Source: Candidatus Gallibacteroides avistercoris
GTDB lineage: Bacteria > Bacteroidota > Bacteroidia > Bacteroidales > CHK158-818
Reading direction: 5' to 3'
Length of the DNA stretch: 32,963 bases
Assembly: GCA_018714665.1 (NCBI GenBank)
Contig: DVNA01000040.1
Coordinates: 1-32,963, forward strand
Part shown: one piece after another, positions 27,508 through 32,963 of the stretch
Numbering within the stretch: the first letter of the stretch is position 1
Layout of the letters: each line of letters begins with the position of its first letter
Translations under genes and position numbers: made by a program
Notes under the pieces: model-generated
Told to the model about the DNA's origin: nothing
What the model saw: only the letters and a program-made list of their open reading frames with translations
Databases searched by the model: none

Positions 27508-28842
27508 ATGAATGCACAAGAAGTTTTAAGCGAACTGAAAAGACGCTTTCCGAATGAACCTGAATACCATCAGGCAGTAGCAGAAGTTTTGCCTACCATT
27601 GAAGAGGCATATAACCAACATCCTGAATTTGATCGTTACAACCTGATCGAACGTCTCTGTATTCCGGATAGAATCTTCTCTTTCCGTGTTACCTGGATGG
27701 ACGATAAAGGAAAAGTACATACCAATATGGGATACCGCATCCAACACAACAATGCCATTGGCCCGTACAAGGGTGGTATCCGTTTCCACTCATCCGTAAA
27801 CTTGTCAATCCTGAAATTCCTGGCTTTTGAACAAACGTTCAAAAACTCTCTTACTACCTTGCCGATGGGCGGTGGTAAAGGCGGGTCCGATTTCAGCGCA
27901 AAAGGAAAATCGGATGCAGAAGTAATGCGTTTCTGCCAAGCATTCATCCTCGAATTGTGGAGACACATCGGTCCTGAAACGGACGTACCCGCAGGCGATA
28001 TAGGTGTTGGCGGTCGAGAAGTAAGCTATATGTACGGTATGTACAAAAAACTGGCTCACGAAAACACCGGAACATTCACGGGTAAAGGCCTTGAAATGGG
28101 TGGTTCTTTGATTCGTCCCGAAGCTACCGGTTACGGAAATGTTTACTTCCTGCTGGAAATGCTGAAAACCAGAAACATCGATATCAAAGGAAAAGTGGTT
28201 ACCGTATCCGGATCAGGAAACGTGGCTCAATACACGGTTGAAAAACTTATCAGCTTAGGTGCCAAAGTTGTAACCATGTCTGACAGTAACGGTTATATCT
28301 ACGATCCCGACGGTATCGATGAAAAGAAACTGAAATTCATCTTTGAATTGAAGAACATCTATCGCGGACGTATTAAGGAATATGCAGAAGAATTCGGTTG
28401 CAAATATGTAGAAGGCGGACGTCCCTGGGGAGAAAAATGCGATATCGCCATGCCGAGCGCTACTCAAAACGAACTGGACGGTGACGATGCCCGTAAACTG
28501 TTGGCCAACGGCTGTTTCGCCGTATCAGAAGGCGCTAATATGCCCTCTACGCCCGAAGCTATCGAACTCTTCCTCGAAAACAAGATATTATACGCTCCGG
28601 GTAAAGCAGCAAACGCTGGTGGGGTTTCTGTAAGTGGTTTGGAAATGGTACAAAACTCTATCAAGATGAGCTGGACTGCCGAAGAAGTGGATACAAAACT
28701 GAAACAAATCATGCACGATATTCACGAAACTTGTATCCGTTACGGAAAACAAGCCGACGGTTATGTAAACTACGTGAAAGGTGCCAATGTAGGCGGATTT
28801 ATGAAAGTAGCCAAGGCTATGATGGCACAAGGGATTTTATAA
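27508..28842 (+). CDS. gdhA: NAD(P)-dependent glutamate dehydrogenase
   Basis: GPYKGGIRFH, LPMGGGKGG, DVPAGDIGVG, RPEATGYG, SGSGNVA, EGANMP, KAANAGGV. Confidence 0.96.
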   Translation: MNAQEVLSELKRRFPNEPEYHQAVAEVLPTIEEAYNQHPEFDRYNLIERLCIPDRIFSFRVTWMDDKGKVHTNMGYRIQHNNAIGPYKGGIRFHSSVNLSILKFLAFEQTFKNSLTTLPMGGGKGGSDFSAKGKSDAEVMRFCQAFILELWRHIGPETDVPAGDIGVGGREVSYMYGMYKKLAHENTGTFTGKGLEMGGSLIRPEATGYGNVYFLLEMLKTRNIDIKGKVVTVSGSGNVAQYTVEKLISLGAKVVTMSDSNGYIYDPDGIDEKKLKFIFELKNIYRGRIKEYAEEFGCKYVEGGRPWGEKCDIAMPSATQNELDGDDARKLLANGCFAVSEGANMPSTPEAIELFLENKILYAPGKAANAGGVSVSGLEMVQNSIKMSWTAEEVDTKLKQIMHDIHETCIRYGKQADGYVNYVKGANVGGFMKVAKAMMAQGIL

Positions 28843-28862
28843 GATTCATTCACTTTATACCC

Positions 28863-28907
28863 AACATAAAAAAGGGCGCTTTGAAACAAAAGCGCCCTTT
28901 TTATGTT
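28863..28907. terminator. Strong (bidirectional-type) intrinsic terminator after gdhA
   Basis: AAAAAGGGCGCTTT (28869-28882) / AAAGCGCCCTTTTT (28889-28902), extended by AACAT/ATGTT. Confidence 0.88.
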
Positions 28908-28991
28908 TCCTTGAAATACTCCCCCATATTCTTTTTTGTTGCTCGCATAGAATAACATTTTTTCAGACTGCACGAAATACTACGCAGAGCC

Positions 28992-29027
28992 AAAAAATTT
29001 TTGGTACCACTTTTTTTCAAAAAGCGG
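28992..29027 (+). repeat. REP-like palindromic element, copy 3 (degenerate)
   Basis: AAAAAATTTTTGGTA-CCACTTTTTTTCAAAAAGCGG; differs from copy 2 by a few substitutions and one extra T. Confidence 0.7.
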
Positions 29028-29050
29028 TAAAAAATCTATCATACCCCCAC

Positions 29051-29087
29051 AAAACACAACAGCCTGTCTAAATAGAAGACAAGCTGT
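29051..29087 (-). terminator. Probable terminator hairpin after the DUF4301 gene
   Basis: On - strand ACAGCTTGTCT-TCTATTT-AGACAGGCTGT (one G-U pair), followed by an interrupted U-tail TGTGTTTTG. Confidence 0.45.
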
Positions 29088-29121
29088 CGCAAATAAAAGT
29101 TAAGTTCGTTTTTCTCCTCTT

Positions 29122-30639
29122 TTATTGGTGTTGTTCGCGCAACAAATCGTTCACGGTTTTTACAGGATTGAACGTAGCGGCAGGAACTTCTACAAACACG
29201 GTATTCCAGTCAGACATAGCACCGTTCCAGAGTCCAGGCAGTTCCAACGCTTTCAGTTCTTTTCCGTTTTTCGATTTAAACGAAATAAATCCGGTATTGG
29301 GATCGACAAATTTGGTCAGATCGAATTTTTCCCGTTTGTGATTCTTAACGCCGCAAACCAGATCGACAGGATTAAAAAAGGCCGAGGAGTCGAACGCAGC
29401 CTTGGCTTCCGGATCGTTCATGTTGATTTGAGAACTTTCCAAAATTTGAAGAGAGATGGTTCCATCGGGGTTGTAAGCCAGGAAAGGACCTCCTCCCGGC
29501 TCTCCTTCATTGCGTACCATCCCGCATACACGGATCGGCCGACGTAATTTTTTAAGCAGATACAGAACTAAATCGCTATCCTCCAAATGTTTCGTGTCGG
29601 GATTCTTGATAAACAGCCGTTGTTGCAGGAAAGAGATAACCTCACGCAGGTAATCCATTGTATAATCGCCTGTTTCCAATCGATTGATATAAGCACTGAT
29701 TTGTTGTTGCAACGTAACCAGTACGCCTCCCAAAACCTTCTTGTAACGGATGGTTTCGTCCTTAAAATGGTCCGGAACTACGTTGTCTATGTTTTTGACA
29801 AAAATAATATCGGCGTCTATATCGTTCAGGTTCTCGATCAGGGCACCGTGCCCACCCGGGCGGAACAGCAGCTTTCCATTATCGCGGAACGGTTCGTTGT
29901 TCATGTCCGCGGCAATGGTATCGGTAGAGCTTTTTTGTTCAGAAAACCCGACATTGAATGTTACGCCTTGCAATTTGGCATAGACAGACTGTTTTTCAGC
30001 AACCAACTGACGGAATAATTCTTTGTGTTCTTCCGAGACGGTAAAGTGGATGTTTACGTATCCCGACCGGTTGGCCGCATACAATGCCCCTTCTACCAAA
30101 TGTTCTTCCATGGCAGTACGCGCCCCGCTCGGATAAGAATGGAATTTGAGCAACCCTTTGGGAAGTGATCCGTAATTAAGCCCCTCTTTTTGTAACAGGT
30201 TGGAAACAATGGTTTTGTAGGCACCTTCTGCTATTAATGCCGGAATATCTTTTCCTTGTTTATTCAGACAAACTTGGTTCAAGTCGTTGTAGAAAGCAAA
30301 CCGGGAGATGGAATCGAAAAATTTCTTCTCAAAGTCGGTTGTCGGCACAGCATAGGGTGCATCCAGAAATTCAAACAGGTTTTTGAACATCCGGCTGGCG
30401 GCTCCCGAGGCAGGAACGAATTTTACAATTTTCCGGTCCTGTTGCAGATAGTTGTCCCATACGTGTAAATAACGGTCTGCTTCCGATTCCGTCAAACATA
30501 AAACGCCTCTTTCTTTGGTAGCGGGAGCGCTGATTCTCAGAAAGGGAAATCCTGTTTTGAACCGGTTTAACTGTTCTTCCACTTGTAATTCGCTTATTCC
30601 TTTTGATTTTAGTAAATCTTTGTCTGAACTTGTAAACAT
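29122..30639 (-). CDS. DUF4301-family protein (nucleotide-diphospho-sugar transferase-like fold suspected)
   Basis: KFVPASGAASRMFK, PKGLLKFH, FRPGGHGALIENLN, KNIDNV, GEPGGGPF, ELPGLWNGAM, FNPVKTVNDLL. Start moved from 30840 to ATG 30639 (MFTSSD). Confidence 0.85.
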   Translation of the reverse strand: MFTSSDKDLLKSKGISELQVEEQLNRFKTGFPFLRISAPATKERGVLCLTESEADRYLHVWDNYLQQDRKIVKFVPASGAASRMFKNLFEFLDAPYAVPTTDFEKKFFDSISRFAFYNDLNQVCLNKQGKDIPALIAEGAYKTIVSNLLQKEGLNYGSLPKGLLKFHSYPSGARTAMEEHLVEGALYAANRSGYVNIHFTVSEEHKELFRQLVAEKQSVYAKLQGVTFNVGFSEQKSSTDTIAADMNNEPFRDNGKLLFRPGGHGALIENLNDIDADIIFVKNIDNVVPDHFKDETIRYKKVLGGVLVTLQQQISAYINRLETGDYTMDYLREVISFLQQRLFIKNPDTKHLEDSDLVLYLLKKLRRPIRVCGMVRNEGEPGGGPFLAYNPDGTISLQILESSQINMNDPEAKAAFDSSAFFNPVDLVCGVKNHKREKFDLTKFVDPNTGFISFKSKNGKELKALELPGLWNGAMSDWNTVFVEVPAATFNPVKTVNDLLREQHQ

Positions 30640-30665
30640 GGCGATATGGTTAGGTTTATTCCCTT

Positions 30666-30724
30666 CAAATTTACAAAAAGAGCCGGTATGGCGCAACAAT
30701 CCGACTAAAAAAATTATATATTTG
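30666..30724. promoter_or_regulatory. Divergent promoters: TAAATTTG on - (30666-30673) for DUF4301 and TATATTTG on + (30717-30724) for the RSH gene
   Basis: Exact TAnnTTTG matches 26 and 27 nt upstream of the two corrected start codons. Confidence 0.6.
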
Positions 30725-30751
30725 GACTTGTTTTGTAAAAGGGTGTTTCTT

Positions 30752-32962
30752 ATGGAAGATACGGTTTTTCTGACAGAGGATGAACATACTGTTTTTTTAG
30801 ACTCGTACAAGGTGCTGGTACGGTTATCGAACGAGATCATTTCCTGGGACGAACGTAACCGAATAAAGGCTATGATTCAGAATGCCATGGAAAATGGTGT
30901 CTATTTGAGAGATAAAAACGGGCTTAGCCTTTTACTCAGAAACGTACAGACCGCCATGATTCTCTCCAAAGAGGTGGGCCTCGAACGCAGCATGTTGATA
31001 GCCGTATTACTCTATCACCTGGTAGAGAAAGAGGTTTTGAGTGCGCAAAATATTCAGTCCGAGTTTGGCGAAGATGTTGTCTCTATCATACGCCGGTTAC
31101 TCAAAGCCAACAGCCTATATTCCAGACATGCTGCCATCGACAGTGAAAACTTCCGCAAGTTATTGCTCACCTTTGCCGAAGATGTGCGGGTTATCATTAT
31201 CATGATTGCCGACCGGCTGTGTTTGATGCGGATGATCAACCACCATCCGGACGAAAAGTTCCGTACCGATGTTGCATTTGAAGCCTCCTACCTGTATGCA
31301 CCGTTGGCCCACCGGTTGGGGTTGTACAAAATAAAATCCGAACTGGAAGACCTTTCATTAAAATATACCAACCGGGAGACTTTTACCCAGATAGCCCGCA
31401 AACTAAAAGAGACAAAACGCAGCAGAGATCAATACATCAACGCTTTTATCGAACCGGTAAAACGGAAAATCGAAGAGACCGGATGGGAATTCGACATCAA
31501 GGGTCGAACCAAATCCATCTATTCCATCTGGAACAAGATGAAAAAACAGCAGACAGACATTGAAAACATCTACGACCTGTTTGCCATCCGAGTCATTCTC
31601 GACGTCCCGCTCGAACAGGAAAAAGCTGCTTGTTGGCAGGTATATTCCATTATTACGGATATGTATCAACCCAATCCCAAACGGATGAAAGATTGGTTGT
31701 CCATCCCCAAAAGCAATGGTTACGAATCGCTTCATATTACCGTATTAGGGCCACAGAACCGATGGGTAGAGGTACAGATACGGACCAAACGGATGGACGA
31801 GATTGCCGAACACGGTCTGGCAGCACATTGGAAATACAAAGGGGTGAAAAGTAGCGAATCGGGCCTGGACGACTGGTTGAACAATGTCCGGGAGGTACTC
31901 GATTCGGCCGACTCGGGACCGATGGAGCTGATGAAAGAGTTTAAAATGGATCTCTACGACAAAGAGGTATTTGTATTTACCCCCAAAGGAGATTTATATA
32001 AACTGCCCAAAGGGGCTACCGTACTCGATTTTGCCTTTCTTATCCACAGCGGTCTGGGATGCAAATGCGTAGGAGCCAGGGTAAACGGCAAGAACCAGAC
32101 AATCCGTTACCAGGTAAAAAGTGGCGATACAATAGAGATATTGACCGCCCCGGCACAAACCCCCAAACGGGATTGGCTGAACATCGTCTCTACCTCGAAA
32201 GCCCGTGTCAAGATAAAACAATCGTTGAAAGAGCTCGAACTGAAAGAGAGCGAATTCGGGAAAGAGCTGCTGCAACGCCGCTTCAAAAACCGGAAAATAG
32301 AGGTGGATGAAGCCTTACTGATGCGTTTTATCAAGAAAAAAGGGTACAAAACCGTTACGGATTTCTATTACGCTTTGGCATCTGAGAAACTCGATGTAAA
32401 CGATGCGATCGATCAATATGTAGAACTTGGAAGAAAAGAGAACCCCGAAACCGTAGAACAACGCACGGCTGAAAATTTCGTGGTCCGTTCCGAAGAGGTC
32501 TCCGATAAAGAAGACGTGTTGGTTATCGACCAGAACCTGAAAGATGTCGAATACAAACTGGCCAAATGTTGCAACCCCATTTACGGAGACGAAATATTTG
32601 GATTCGTATCTACACAAGGCAGTATAAAAATCCACCGTACCGACTGTCCCAATGCCGCCCAGATGAGAGCTCGTTTTGGATATCGGGTGGTTAAAGCCCG
32701 CTGGTCTGGAAAACAGGGAAGTCAATATACGGCTGTTTTGCGAGTTGTCGGGCATGACGACATCGGTATCGTAACCAATATCACATCTATTATATCTAAG
32801 GAAAAAAAAGTATCTTTGCGGACAATAAACATCGATTCTACCGACGGACTCTTTCAGGGGCATATTTCTGTATTGGTTGAGGATATTTCGGCATTGGAGA
32901 GTCTGATACGGAAAATACGGACCGTAAAAGGGGTGAAAAGTGTAGAACGTTCAAAAACATGA
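30752..32962 (+). CDS. relA: Long RelA/SpoT homologue, (p)ppGpp synthetase with degenerate HD domain, TGS, ZFD and ACT domains
   Basis: YAPLAHRLG, GRTKSIYSIWNK, DLFAIRVI, NGYESLH, EVQIRT, AAHWKYK, TGS VFTPKG..LPKGATVLDFAF, LAKCCNPI, ACT domain. Start moved from TTG 30515 to ATG 30752. Confidence 0.92.
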   Translation: MEDTVFLTEDEHTVFLDSYKVLVRLSNEIISWDERNRIKAMIQNAMENGVYLRDKNGLSLLLRNVQTAMILSKEVGLERSMLIAVLLYHLVEKEVLSAQNIQSEFGEDVVSIIRRLLKANSLYSRHAAIDSENFRKLLLTFAEDVRVIIIMIADRLCLMRMINHHPDEKFRTDVAFEASYLYAPLAHRLGLYKIKSELEDLSLKYTNRETFTQIARKLKETKRSRDQYINAFIEPVKRKIEETGWEFDIKGRTKSIYSIWNKMKKQQTDIENIYDLFAIRVILDVPLEQEKAACWQVYSIITDMYQPNPKRMKDWLSIPKSNGYESLHITVLGPQNRWVEVQIRTKRMDEIAEHGLAAHWKYKGVKSSESGLDDWLNNVREVLDSADSGPMELMKEFKMDLYDKEVFVFTPKGDLYKLPKGATVLDFAFLIHSGLGCKCVGARVNGKNQTIRYQVKSGDTIEILTAPAQTPKRDWLNIVSTSKARVKIKQSLKELELKESEFGKELLQRRFKNRKIEVDEALLMRFIKKKGYKTVTDFYYALASEKLDVNDAIDQYVELGRKENPETVEQRTAENFVVRSEEVSDKEDVLVIDQNLKDVEYKLAKCCNPIYGDEIFGFVSTQGSIKIHRTDCPNAAQMRARFGYRVVKARWSGKQGSQYTAVLRVVGHDDIGIVTNITSIISKEKKVSLRTINIDSTDGLFQGHISVLVEDISALESLIRKIRTVKGVKSVERSKT

Positions 32963-32963
32963 T

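Noticed and set aside
30515-30840. Apparent 326-nt head-to-head overlap of the 572-aa and 815-aa ORFs
   Set aside because: Artefact of longest-ORF calling. Family-like sequence starts at ATG 30639 (-) and ATG 30752 (+), each with its own -7 element in the gap.

Overview
This window looks like core chromosome of a Bacteroidales bacterium, based on the protein families, the gene order and TAnnTTTG -7 promoter elements in front of most transcription units. In order it holds: the 5' end of a secreted-protein gene at the left edge, an OmpR-family two-component pair, a bactofilin, a lipoprotein MBL-fold hydrolase, a parA-parB-DUF5683-mltD operon divergent from surE, pdxJ-exbB-exbD-tonB divergent from nadK, padR-pspC, a YgjP/DUF45 metallo-protein, a long co-oriented run (rimP-nusA-infB-cvpA-sufBCDS-CCA enzyme), gdhA, a DUF4301 protein and a long RelA/SpoT homologue. 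I see no prophage, transposase, CRISPR array, tRNA or rRNA, and no clearly new multi-gene system. The most interesting signals are small. They are (i) three dispersed copies of a ~34-bp palindromic REP-like element, (ii) an 11-bp-period direct repeat at the same promoter position in front of both the response regulator and the downstream secreted-protein gene, (iii) a C-terminal CxxCxxC tail on SufD, (iv) a long hairpin plus U-tract between infB and cvpA-suf where no canonical promoter is visible, (v) DnaA-box-like repeats upstream of parA, (vi) a probably leaderless mRNA and (vii) an RSH enzyme with a degenerate hydrolase motif. All product calls come from motif recognition, not from database searches.
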